Assembly: GCA_028715965.1 (NCBI GenBank) | Contig: JAQUQS010000002.1 | Location: 13,368 to 77,367 of the forward strand | Source of the DNA: Candidatus Omnitrophota bacterium | GTDB taxonomy: Bacteria; Omnitrophota; Gorgyraeia; Tantalellales; Tantalellaceae | DNA: 64,000 nucleotides | Direction: 5' to 3' | Notes under the pieces: generated by a model | The model's input: the letters and a program-made list of their open reading frames with translations, nothing else | Database searches by the model: none | Told to the model about the DNA's origin: nothing | In this document: piece after piece, positions 48,821 through 58,389 of the stretch | How positions within the stretch are numbered: the first letter of the stretch is position 1 | Layout: each line of letters opens with the position of its first letter | Translations under genes and position numbers: made by a program

Positions 48821-49848
48821 TCCCATTCCGTACCTTCCAATATCTTCTCGGCCGCCCTGTATACCTCCTCAACGGTCACGTCGTTTATACAGCCGTCCGG
48901 AGGACGTTTCTGGCACGACCCCTTACCGCATGGCCTGCACCCTATCCGCGGGTTAAGCACAACGCTCTTTTCCGCAAGAGGACCGTATTTTTTTTCGTCG
49001 GTAGGCCCGAAAATAGCTACCGTGGGCGTCCCGACGGCGCTCGCGATGTGGAGCGGCGCGCTGTCTCCGGTTATCACCATACATGCCCTGGCCATAAGCC
49101 CGGCGGCACAGCCTATCGTGGTACGAGAACAGACATCCAGCACCGGACGCTTGGTGGCCGCTATAACATCGTTCACGGTCTGGCGGTCCTCATCCGTTCC
49201 GGTAAGGAAAACAATACAATCTTTCTCCCCGGAAAGCATATCCGAGAGTTTCGCGTAATTGGACGCTTTCCATTTTTTCAGGTGGTTCTTGGTCCCCGGG
49301 TTGATCACTACTATCCTGTCCCGCTGCACACCCGGGCCAAGCGTTCTTTCCGCTTCCACGATAAGGCTTTCCGCCTGACGCGCGTCCTCTTCGGATACCG
49401 GGACATAGAACCCAACATCCCTTTCCGCGTCAATACCAAGCGTTCTCAGTTTTGCGAGATGTTCCGTTCTCTTATGCGCCGTCACCCCGGATGATAGCCT
49501 CTTTATCCCGCCAAGGAACGACGACAATGACCTTGTTCCGTACCTCGCGCCTGCCACATACGGCATAAGTGAGTTCTTGAGGTCGACCACAAGGTCATAT
49601 TTCTGTCTGCGGGTGAGCAGGACGTCGAGTAACCTGGAGCGTAACGTTTTCCTCCGTTTGTTTATTATCACCTTACGCACCGCGGGGTGGGCCAGGAATA
49701 TGTCCCTGCCAGGCATACCCGTCACGACATCGATAACGGCATCGGGAAATTCGTCATGCAGCTTCCGTAGCACCGGGGTGGTAAGGACTATATCGCCCAG
49801 GTTGCTCAGGCTTATCAGAAGGATGCTTTTTACGCGGGACTTGTCCAT
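48817..49848 (-). CDS. ADP-heptose:LPS heptosyltransferase (GT9)
   Basis: ILLISLSNLGDIVLTTPVLRKL GT9 N-terminus. Confidence 0.8.
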   Translation of the reverse strand: MDKSRVKSILLISLSNLGDIVLTTPVLRKLHDEFPDAVIDVVTGMPGRDIFLAHPAVRKVIINKRRKTLRSRLLDVLLTRRQKYDLVVDLKNSLMPYVAGARYGTRSLSSFLGGIKRLSSGVTAHKRTEHLAKLRTLGIDAERDVGFYVPVSEEDARQAESLIVEAERTLGPGVQRDRIVVINPGTKNHLKKWKASNYAKLSDMLSGEKDCIVFLTGTDEDRQTVNDVIAATKRPVLDVCSRTTIGCAAGLMARACMVITGDSAPLHIASAVGTPTVAIFGPTDEKKYGPLAEKSVVLNPRIGCRPCGKGSCQKRPPDGCINDVTVEEVYRAAEKILEGTEWE

Positions 49849-50888
49849 ATCCGGTCCTTGTTCTTTAATGCGTCCCTTATCGCGGAAAAAACCGTATCAA
49901 CCCCGATCGAATACATGCACACATTGTTATTCCTGCATTTTTTCACATAGCAGGGTACGGCACAATCGGGCGAGCTCCTAATGACGATATTCCGTCCTCG
50001 TCCGCGCTGCCCCGTTATTTCCGGTGACGTAGGGCCGAAAAGGCCTATCGTAGTGGCGCCCGTGGCCGACGCCAGGTGAAGCGGACCCGAATCCGCGCTT
50101 ACCACAAGTTCCGAGGAAAGAAAAAGAGCGGCAAGCTCGTTGAGCGATGTCCTTCCGGCCGTGTTATATACGCGTTCCCCCCCAGCCTCACTCACGATGG
50201 TATCCCCCAGCGTCCTGTCCCCCGGGGCCCCGGTTATGACTATGTCAAGGTCCCTGAAAGCCCATAGTATCTGGCGTGCCAGCGATATGAAATTCATCGG
50301 CGACCATCTTTTCGCGTCCCAGTTCCCACCGGGGTTCAGTACGATGAAAGGATTTCTTCCCACTCCTATCCCGGACAGGATGCGTTCCATCCTTTCCTTA
50401 TCATCGTCCCTTATGAAGTACTCATAAGTCCCGTCCGCCTTGTCAATGCCGAACAGACCTGCCAGGGAAAGAAGCTGGTCGGCCCTGTGCACCGCGCCGT
50501 TCGGGCACGCGACTTCCGAGGTGAGCGGGAGGTTCTTCCCGGCGAACCCTACGCGTTCCGGGATACCCGCCAGCATGGACATGATCACCTTGGTCCTGGA
50601 CGCTTTGAGGAATACCGCGGTACCATACTTCTCTTTTTTTACCATATCCACGAAATCGAGCTTTTCGCCCACTGAGAAGATACGGTTATCATCCGAAAGC
50701 ACATGCACGTAATTGATCCATGGCACATTGGCCAACAGGTCGGCGTATCTGGGGACCACGACGCAGCTGATATACGCGGTCGGGAATCTTAAACGCAAAG
50801 CCCTCAAGAGGGGGAAGGAAAAAAGTATGTCCCCCAGCCAGTTAAGTTCAAAAATAATAATGCGCTTAGGGCTCTCGACGTCCGTCAC
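49830..50888 (-). CDS. ADP-heptose:LPS heptosyltransferase (GT9)
   Basis: IIIFELNWLGDILFSFPLLRAL GT9 N-terminus. Confidence 0.8.
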   Translation of the reverse strand: MTDVESPKRIIIFELNWLGDILFSFPLLRALRLRFPTAYISCVVVPRYADLLANVPWINYVHVLSDDNRIFSVGEKLDFVDMVKKEKYGTAVFLKASRTKVIMSMLAGIPERVGFAGKNLPLTSEVACPNGAVHRADQLLSLAGLFGIDKADGTYEYFIRDDDKERMERILSGIGVGRNPFIVLNPGGNWDAKRWSPMNFISLARQILWAFRDLDIVITGAPGDRTLGDTIVSEAGGERVYNTAGRTSLNELAALFLSSELVVSADSGPLHLASATGATTIGLFGPTSPEITGQRGRGRNIVIRSSPDCAVPCYVKKCRNNNVCMYSIGVDTVFSAIRDALKNKDRIWTSPA

Positions 50889-51970
50889 AGGACCTCCTGG
50901 TATACCTCAATGGTCTTCTCCACGCTTGTATGGATATCATAGTTGTCGAACGCTTTTCTCCTGGCGGCTTTCGCCAGGTCTTTCCTCAGGATATCATCTT
51001 TTGCCAGTTCCATCAATCTTTTAGCAAGCGCGGCGACGTCTCCCGGAGGAGCCAGCAATCCGTCCCGACCGTCCGTTATGAGCTCCGAAAGACCGCCTAC
51101 ATCGCTGGCCACACAGGCCCTCTCGGCCGCCATGGCCTCCATGAGCGAAAGCCCCAGTCCTTCGTGCATTGATGGGGAGCAGAAAATATCGAACATGGGC
51201 AGATACTCTTCCGGCGGCTGTCCGCCGGGGACCATGGAGACCTTCCCGGCCAGCCCCAGTGAAGTTATCTGTTTTTCCAAAGATTTTTTTTCCGGCCCGT
51301 CTCCCACCATCACCATGCGCGCTCGAGGTTCCTCCGCGGCCAGGGCCGAGAACGCTTCCACGAGATACTTATATCCTTTCACCGGGGAAAGCCGCCCTAT
51401 CGTGCCCACGACGAACGTGTCCTGGGGTAGCCCCATCTCCCGCAGCATGGTCGCGTCCTTACGCCCGGATATACCCGAGAACCTGGCAAGTTCGATACCG
51501 TTATAGACCATGGATATCTTGTTCTCAGGCACCCCGAAATCCCTGATAAGATGCCCTTTTACGCTGTTACTTATAGCAATTACCCTGTTCCCCCACGCGG
51601 GCAGAAGCATCCTTGAGATACGTTTGTGTTTGAAGAAACCGTGGCACGTGGATACGAACGGGATGCCCGTCCTGCGGCTCACCACCTCGGATATTATCTG
51701 GGTCACCCGTGTTTGGGCGTGTATGACCTGCGTATCCTCTTCCCTGGCCAGTTCTCCTATGGCACCGACCGCTTTCCATACCTTCAGGGAAAATTCCTGT
51801 TTGGTCAATATATCCGCCGTATGATGTTTTACGCCATACTCCGCGAGCTTACCCTCGAGTTCGCCTCCACCCGAGACCACTGTTACTTTATGCCCGTACC
51901 TATGGAGATATCGGGACAGGTCCGTGATATAGACGCCCACCCCGCCCATGTTCATATGCGTTGTTATTAT
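50885..51970 (-). CDS. glycosyltransferase family 4 (GT-B, retaining)
   Basis: GT4 N-terminus (MNVMIITTHMNMGGVGVY) and C-terminal E.....E motif region (MHEGLGLSLMEAMA). Confidence 0.8.
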   Translation of the reverse strand: MITTHMNMGGVGVYITDLSRYLHRYGHKVTVVSGGGELEGKLAEYGVKHHTADILTKQEFSLKVWKAVGAIGELAREEDTQVIHAQTRVTQIISEVVSRRTGIPFVSTCHGFFKHKRISRMLLPAWGNRVIAISNSVKGHLIRDFGVPENKISMVYNGIELARFSGISGRKDATMLREMGLPQDTFVVGTIGRLSPVKGYKYLVEAFSALAAEEPRARMVMVGDGPEKKSLEKQITSLGLAGKVSMVPGGQPPEEYLPMFDIFCSPSMHEGLGLSLMEAMAAERACVASDVGGLSELITDGRDGLLAPPGDVAALAKRLMELAKDDILRKDLAKAARRKAFDNYDIHTSVEKTIEVYQEVL

Positions 51971-51978
51971 CATCACGT

Positions 51979-54063
51979 TCATAAAAGCTCCATCACGGCA
52001 TTGTATATATCCGCCGGTTTTATGGACGTCATACATCTCCGGTCACGTCGGCAGATCGGGTCGTAACACGGTGAGCATTTCACCTTACGATGCAGGACCT
52101 TTTTCTTTCCGGAAGGAGGAAGGTGCCTTGCCGGGTCCGTAGGCCCGAAATACGACACAAAAGGGGTATTCACCGCCGAAGCTACATGCATCGGCGCGCT
52201 GTCCCCCGTAACAACGATATCACACCTCTTTATAAGCGCGATAAACTGGCCGATATTGGTCTTTCCTACAGCGTCTATCGGTTTTGCCAAAGTGGTCTTC
52301 ATGAATTCGGACGCTTCCAGTTTATCTTCTTCCGCGCCGATCAGGACCGTCCTTACTCCCCGTTCTTTCGCGAGCATATCAGCTACCTTAACAAGTGTGG
52401 GGACGCCCACGTTCTTGGACCTCCATTTCCTTGAAGCGGAAACGCTCATGGCAACTATCTTCTGGTCTTTTTGCAGCCAATTGCCGCCAAAGAACTTCTC
52501 CGCCCATTCCTCGTTCTCCGGCGTAGGCCATAGTTCCAGGTTATCGTCCACATGCGCTATGCCCAGAAGGGCCAGCACACATCCCTGCTGCCGGACCGGC
52601 GGCATGGGCCGTGCAGGCATCTTGGCCTTCCTGTTGAGAAGCACGCTCAGCTTACCGTTATTGAACCCGTATCTCTCCGGTATGGCCGCCAAATACGCCA
52701 GCATATGGCTCTTCCGGCTGTTCTGCAGGTCGATCGACATGTCGAGATCTTCCGACCTTATCGCCCCGGCCAGACGAAGGAACCCGACACCCTTGTCCCT
52801 TGTTCTGAAATCACATGTGATCACATCATCGATATAAGGGCATCCACTGAGCACTTCACGGAACCTTATGTCGGCCAGCACTTTTATTTCCGCGCCCGGG
52901 AAAGCTTTCCTGACAGCCCTCATTGAAGGTACCGCGAGTATAATATCCCCAAGCGAGCTTATCTTCATGATGAGTATGTTCTTCATGGAAAGCGCTTTGG
53001 AATAAACTTCAAGGGTACTTTCCATTACCTTGCCAAGGGAAAAATGATCTTCCACGTTCTTCCGGGCGGCCCTGGAGACCCTTTCTACCAGCTCACGGTC
53101 CTGGGCATACCTCATGACCTTTTCGGCGATATCGGACGGGTTCATGGGTTCACACAAAAGACCGGTCACTCCGTCCTCAACGTTCTCGACCACTCCACCT
53201 ACTCTCGTGGCGACTACCGGCACCCCCCTGGCCTGGGCCTCTATTATCGACCTGCCGAACGCCTCCTGGCTACGATTCGCGGAAACGAACACGTCCAGGT
53301 CCTTCAGGACCTCGGCCACATCATGGCTCGAGTCTATGAACCTGATCACGTTCTCAAGTCTCAGCCGCCTCACGGTAAGGTCTACCCTCTTCAGGTAATC
53401 CTCTTTCGCCGAGGCCCTGTCCCCCATTATCACGATCTCAAGATTGTTCATCCGCCTGGAAACATATGACATCGCCTTCAAAAAGTCCTGGTGTCCCTTA
53501 AGGGGCGTGTACCGGCATATCATACCGACCCGGAATTTCTTTCGGTCCTTATCGAACGGCGACACGTACCCGAAACGCTCAAGGTCTACCCCCCTCGGTA
53601 TTATGGATAGTTTCCTCGTCGGCACGCCGAATTTGTCTTTCATATATCTGGCCATAGTATCATTTGCCACGATAACGATCTTGCCCCATCCCATAACACG
53701 GCTTATAAGGTGCGGTTTGTACTGCCCGTGAGCGGTGGTCAAGAACACCTTGCCGGTGGATTTTGCCGCGAAATACCCCATTAGGGCCGGGATACGGCTC
53801 CTGGCGTGGACTATATCGATACTTTCCTTGCGTATTATGCGCCTTAGGCATATATACGACCATATCATCGTGATGGGATTTTTCTTTCCCACAGGCACGG
53901 TGTAGTGCCTGGCACCGATGGCCGCCAGATTGCCCTCGTATATCCCGCCGCCGGAGACCACGACGGCCTTGTGCCCTTTGGCCACAAGGGCACGCGCGAC
54001 CTCCACTGTGCCTTTCTCCACCCCGCCTACGTTCAATCTCGGGACAAGTTGTAATATGTTCAT
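51979..54063 (-). CDS. bifunctional glycosyltransferase: N-terminal GT4 fused in-frame to C-terminal GT9 heptosyltransferase
   Basis: A 694-aa ORF. The GT4 part runs to ...TLEVYSKALS and is directly followed by MKNILIMKISSLGDIILAVP, a GT9 N-terminus, with no intervening stop. I checked the junction codons on the sequence. Confidence 0.75.
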   Translation of the reverse strand: MNILQLVPRLNVGGVEKGTVEVARALVAKGHKAVVVSGGGIYEGNLAAIGARHYTVPVGKKNPITMIWSYICLRRIIRKESIDIVHARSRIPALMGYFAAKSTGKVFLTTAHGQYKPHLISRVMGWGKIVIVANDTMARYMKDKFGVPTRKLSIIPRGVDLERFGYVSPFDKDRKKFRVGMICRYTPLKGHQDFLKAMSYVSRRMNNLEIVIMGDRASAKEDYLKRVDLTVRRLRLENVIRFIDSSHDVAEVLKDLDVFVSANRSQEAFGRSIIEAQARGVPVVATRVGGVVENVEDGVTGLLCEPMNPSDIAEKVMRYAQDRELVERVSRAARKNVEDHFSLGKVMESTLEVYSKALSMKNILIMKISSLGDIILAVPSMRAVRKAFPGAEIKVLADIRFREVLSGCPYIDDVITCDFRTRDKGVGFLRLAGAIRSEDLDMSIDLQNSRKSHMLAYLAAIPERYGFNNGKLSVLLNRKAKMPARPMPPVRQQGCVLALLGIAHVDDNLELWPTPENEEWAEKFFGGNWLQKDQKIVAMSVSASRKWRSKNVGVPTLVKVADMLAKERGVRTVLIGAEEDKLEASEFMKTTLAKPIDAVGKTNIGQFIALIKRCDIVVTGDSAPMHVASAVNTPFVSYFGPTDPARHLPPSGKKKVLHRKVKCSPCYDPICRRDRRCMTSIKPADIYNAVMELL

Positions 54064-54076
54064 GTTCCGCCTTCTA

Positions 54077-55966
54077 TCAAAAAACCTTTTCTATCTTGGA
54101 GTATAGTTCATCCATATCTTCCGGAAGATGCCGCGCGGCCATCCCGGTGGTCATGGCCGTGCGCATATCCTCCGCAAGGACCTCCCTGCGAAGCTTCTTA
54201 AGGTATCCCCGTCCGGCCAGTTCGTCCACAAAAACATCGTATTTGGTCTTTCCCCGGCGTTTCTTGTCGGGCATTATCACGAAAACGGGCCTGCCGGATG
54301 AAACCGCTTCGGAAACCATTGATATACTGTCCCCCGTCACGAACACTATATCGCTCGAGGCCAGTATCTTGTCCACCGTTTTCGCGTCATTGTCGCTTTT
54401 TCCCGAAACGAATTTAAGGCATCTCTCATCCTCCCGGAGCATGTCCTGGAACGTCTTGTCGGCGTCCGGAGGCGTTCTTCTGGACGTGGTCAACATGAAC
54501 CGGGTCCCGGTATCCCCACACGAACCCGACAGCGCTTCGGATATATCCCTGGCCGTCGCCTCGCTGAACGTGTAGAACCTGTTCTCCCCTCCTATAAGCA
54601 CGCCGACACATTTTATCCCATCAAGACCGTTCCTCTCCTTACCCCTAAGGTCCTCGAGTTCCGATATATCGACCAGCGTGGGCGGCATATCGGTGACCAC
54701 GACGTTAGCCCCTATGGGCGACAGCCCCTTCCTTACCACGTCGTGCCGGGGCAGCACGATAAGGTCGAACCCCCAGCGGTTCATCCGTCCCGGGTCCATT
54801 ATGGTCAGGTTCTTGGCGCCATTCTCCGACGAGACCAGCCTGTTGACCCCGTAAAGCGCCGAGCCGCAACTTATCACGACATCAGCGTATACGGAGATGA
54901 TAGCGTCATAACTTCCCGGTTCAAGCGCCCATTTCAGCAGGAAAGGACGCCCCTGAAAGAGGTCACCGTATAGTGGCGAGAACATGTTCAGGATAGTACG
55001 CCTCACGCGGCTCTTGAACTTCACGGACACCGTCTTTACTTCCAAAGCTCCTTCCGGCATGTTCCTTTTTTCTTTCCAGTAACGACCTGCCGTACCGGCC
55101 ACGGCCATGGACTGTTTGAAATGCCCCTTCTTCCCATCGTCCAGCACGAGCACTTTACGTACAGGGGTCAGCTTCCACTTCTTATGCATCCACATCCATT
55201 GGTCCGGGGACTTTCTTACATGTTTCTCCAGGAGCTCGTTATATTTTTCCACATACGGCGTTATATCCTCGTTCTTGCCGATGACCATAGGTTCCTCCAG
55301 GACGGCCTGATGGTAAGGGCCGTCCACGCGGTGTATAAAGGCCGGTAATATCCAGGCACCTGTTTTTTGCGCGAACCTGTATGGTCCCACAGCCGTAGAG
55401 GCCGGTCGCCCGAAGAGGTTGACGAGCTTACCATTGGGGCCGGCGTTCTGATCGGCCAGTATACCCACGCTCTTACCTTCCTTGAGTACCCGGAAAAGGT
55501 TCTTAATATCAGCACCCTTCCGTATCACAATGTTACCCTTAGACTCCCGCAGGCGGTTAAGAAGTTCGTTAAGCCTCTGCATTTTCTGGTCTCTGGCCAA
55601 GAGGTACAGGGGATACCCCTGGAAAACACTGGCCACGGTGCTCATTTCCCAATTACCGAAATGCGCCGACACCATTATCATCCCCCGCGGGTTGGAAGCG
55701 GCTTTTCCCAGGTTCTCGCTGTTGATTATCTCCAGATGCTTTTCCAGGTATTCCCGGTCAACCTTGGTAAGCGCCAATATCTCCACGAACGTCTGGACCA
55801 TGTTTCGATACGTGCCTATGGTCAATCTCCTGATGTCGCGGGGACTTTTTTCGGACGCGAACGCCGCCCGGATATTCCTGTACGTTACCTTACGGCGTTT
55901 CCCGCTCAGAAGATAAATGAGATAACCGAACGCCCGGCCGGCCCAGAGGTTCAAACCCATCGGCAT
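54077..55966 (-). CDS. fusion of LpxL-family lipid A late acyltransferase (N-terminal) with an ELM1/DUF1022-like predicted GT-B domain (C-terminal)
   Basis: HFGNWE acyltransferase motif and the ...PDQWMWMHKKWK end, then VLVLDDGKKGHFKQSMAVAG, which resembles ELM1-family N-termini. The domain assignment is from memory of family signatures; start trimmed to MPMGLN to avoid overlap with lpxK. Confidence 0.65.
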   Translation of the reverse strand: MPMGLNLWAGRAFGYLIYLLSGKRRKVTYRNIRAAFASEKSPRDIRRLTIGTYRNMVQTFVEILALTKVDREYLEKHLEIINSENLGKAASNPRGMIMVSAHFGNWEMSTVASVFQGYPLYLLARDQKMQRLNELLNRLRESKGNIVIRKGADIKNLFRVLKEGKSVGILADQNAGPNGKLVNLFGRPASTAVGPYRFAQKTGAWILPAFIHRVDGPYHQAVLEEPMVIGKNEDITPYVEKYNELLEKHVRKSPDQWMWMHKKWKLTPVRKVLVLDDGKKGHFKQSMAVAGTAGRYWKEKRNMPEGALEVKTVSVKFKSRVRRTILNMFSPLYGDLFQGRPFLLKWALEPGSYDAIISVYADVVISCGSALYGVNRLVSSENGAKNLTIMDPGRMNRWGFDLIVLPRHDVVRKGLSPIGANVVVTDMPPTLVDISELEDLRGKERNGLDGIKCVGVLIGGENRFYTFSEATARDISEALSGSCGDTGTRFMLTTSRRTPPDADKTFQDMLREDERCLKFVSGKSDNDAKTVDKILASSDIVFVTGDSISMVSEAVSSGRPVFVIMPDKKRRGKTKYDVFVDELAGRGYLKKLRREVLAEDMRTAMTTGMAARHLPEDMDELYSKIEKVF

Positions 55967-55982
55967 AACATGAAAAACGGCG

Positions 55983-57038
55983 TTAAGACCCCTGACTATG
56001 TAAGACGCTATCAAGTCCAGCAAGGACCGACTCCTTTCCCCTGACAATATCCATATCAACATTGAGGGCAAGTATCTTATCACGCAATACGCCCAATTCC
56101 AGCTCGGCCAGTTTAACCATGTCTTTTTTTGTGACCACGATATTATCCGCTCCGGAAGCCGCGAAGCGGCCCCCTATCTCCTCGACATCTGAGGCGGTAT
56201 ACGCGTGATGGTCATCATATACCATATGGCCGGTCAATTCCATCCCGCATCGCCCGGCGATAAGCTCGAACGAACCCGGTGACGCTATACCGCTCACGAG
56301 CAGGACCTTCTTGTTCTTCGCGTTCCCCAGAGAGGTGTTCTTTCCCGAGACATCGGACAGAGAAACGGGCCGGCGGATGGATTCCGCGACCAGCTTCCCT
56401 GAAATGACGTTACCCAGCCGGGATAATACGGTGTTCCTTTGCGCCTCTCCCATTTCAGACGTTCCCGTAACGACCACGATATCCGCCCTCGAAAGCGCGC
56501 TTATACGTTCCCTGAAAGGCCCGCGTGGCAAAAGGCCCGTATTCCCCGCCATAGAATCCGCGTCCACAAGCACTATATCAAGGTCCCTCTCGAGCGCGCG
56601 GTGCTGGAACCCGTCATCCATGACCAGGACATCGCACCCCTTGGACACGGCATAAGCTGCGGACTTGACCCTGTCCCTGCCTACCACTACAGGTACTTCC
56701 GGCAACTCCCCGGCAAGCATCTTATCCTCGTCCCGGCCATACCCCCTTGTCAGGATGGCGGGACGGCATCCCCTGCCCGCGAGTTCGCGCACGATATACA
56801 GAGAGAACGGCGTTTTGCCGGTACCTCCCGCGGTTATGTTGCCGACACTTATGACCGGCACATCCACTTTGGTCGTTTTCCTGAATCCCCTCCTGTAAGC
56901 CAGGTCCACGAACCATATGCCCGCGCCATAAAGAAGTGACAGCGCCCACAACACCCACTTCAGAGGTAGCAGCGCGGGACGCGCCCCTTCGTCCTTCATG
57001 ACCCCCGTGATCCAAAGTCTCAGATCGCCCATATCCAT
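55983..57038 (-). CDS. lpxK: tetraacyldisaccharide 4'-kinase
   Basis: P-loop VGNITAGGTGKTP. Confidence 0.9.
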   Translation of the reverse strand: MDMGDLRLWITGVMKDEGARPALLPLKWVLWALSLLYGAGIWFVDLAYRRGFRKTTKVDVPVISVGNITAGGTGKTPFSLYIVRELAGRGCRPAILTRGYGRDEDKMLAGELPEVPVVVGRDRVKSAAYAVSKGCDVLVMDDGFQHRALERDLDIVLVDADSMAGNTGLLPRGPFRERISALSRADIVVVTGTSEMGEAQRNTVLSRLGNVISGKLVAESIRRPVSLSDVSGKNTSLGNAKNKKVLLVSGIASPGSFELIAGRCGMELTGHMVYDDHHAYTASDVEEIGGRFAASGADNIVVTKKDMVKLAELELGVLRDKILALNVDMDIVRGKESVLAGLDSVLHSQGS

Positions 57039-57053
57039 TCCCCTCGGTGGATA

Positions 57054-58334
57054 TCACCCCAGAAATCTATCAAGCAGGCTTACTGTCCGATCGACCGCGC
57101 CTGAATTCTCCCGTATGACATCTACGGCCTTCCTTGATATATTCCTCCTCATGCCATCGTCCTTTATAAGCCTTTCAAGCACCTGTTCAAGCTCATCAGC
57201 GTCCGCGACCTGGATAGCGCCTTCCCTGGAAAGGAACATCCGGACAGCTTCCTTGAAATTATACATGTTCGGCCCGAAAACGACCGGTTTCCCGTAACTT
57301 GCCGGTTCTATAATGTTCTGTCCGCCTTTTTTTACAAGACTCCCGCCCACGAACACTATAGTGGCAAGGGCATACATATCCTTAAGGTGCCCTATGCTGT
57401 CCACGACCATTACGTCGTACGTCCCGGTCTTCCCGCCGCCTGGCGCCCCTTTCCCGCGCAGCCCTGAATACGCCATATGCCTCAGCCCGGCTTCCTCGAT
57501 ATACACTTTTACCGCTTCGACCCTTTCCACATGTCTCGGCGCGATTATGAGCTTGAGCCCGGGTATCCTGCCGGAAAGTCTCTTATATACATCGATCAAC
57601 TGGGATTCCTCGTTGAAATGGGTGCTCCCGGCCACTATTATAAGGTCATCCTGCCGCATGCCTATATCCTCGGGTCTTACCGGAAGCGGCAGGCCCTCAG
57701 ATATACCCTGGTCGAACTTAACATTGCCTGTGACCGTAACCCTTTCCGTGGCGGCGCCCATACGAACGATACGCGAAGCATCATCCTTCGTCTGCACGGA
57801 AAAAACATCTATACATCCCAGCATTCCAGAAATGAAAGGCTTTACCTTAAGATAGTTCCTGAAAGACCTGTCGGATATCCTTCCGTTCACTACGGCTATG
57901 GGCACACCTTTCCTTTTAAGCGCCGTCATCAGGTTTGGCCACAGTTCCGTTTCGATCACGACATAGAGCCTGGGGTTTATCTTCGATATCACCCTCGAGA
58001 CTATAAAACTGATGTCCAGGGGATAATAGAACACCCTGTCGACCACACCCTTGCCCGCCTTTTCCATCATGTCTTGTCCCGTGGTCGTCGTGGTCGAGAC
58101 CACGATGGGCACACCGGGTGACCTTTTCCTGATGCCCTTTGCTATACGCGCGGCGACATTCGCCTCACCCACGCTCACCGCGTGTATCCAGACAGGCGCG
58201 TCGAGCCCGTCCATGGACCTTCCAAACGCCCCGAACCGTTCCAGGAAACGTCCGTGCGCCTTGCCTTTCAAGACCAGGCAAGGCAGGTAGAACAGTCCGA
58301 ACAGCATAAAAAATATATCATATAAGATACGCAT
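57054..58334 (-). CDS. waaA: 3-deoxy-D-manno-octulosonic acid transferase (Kdo transferase)
   Basis: WIHAVSVGE N-terminal motif; GT30-like over the full length. Confidence 0.9.
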   Translation of the reverse strand: MRILYDIFFMLFGLFYLPCLVLKGKAHGRFLERFGAFGRSMDGLDAPVWIHAVSVGEANVAARIAKGIRKRSPGVPIVVSTTTTTGQDMMEKAGKGVVDRVFYYPLDISFIVSRVISKINPRLYVVIETELWPNLMTALKRKGVPIAVVNGRISDRSFRNYLKVKPFISGMLGCIDVFSVQTKDDASRIVRMGAATERVTVTGNVKFDQGISEGLPLPVRPEDIGMRQDDLIIVAGSTHFNEESQLIDVYKRLSGRIPGLKLIIAPRHVERVEAVKVYIEEAGLRHMAYSGLRGKGAPGGGKTGTYDVMVVDSIGHLKDMYALATIVFVGGSLVKKGGQNIIEPASYGKPVVFGPNMYNFKEAVRMFLSREGAIQVADADELEQVLERLIKDDGMRRNISRKAVDVIRENSGAVDRTVSLLDRFLG

Positions 58335-58389
58335 TATCGTCCGTCTTTTCTCCCCTTGAAGATATCCACATCTCTTATTCGCAAGGCCG

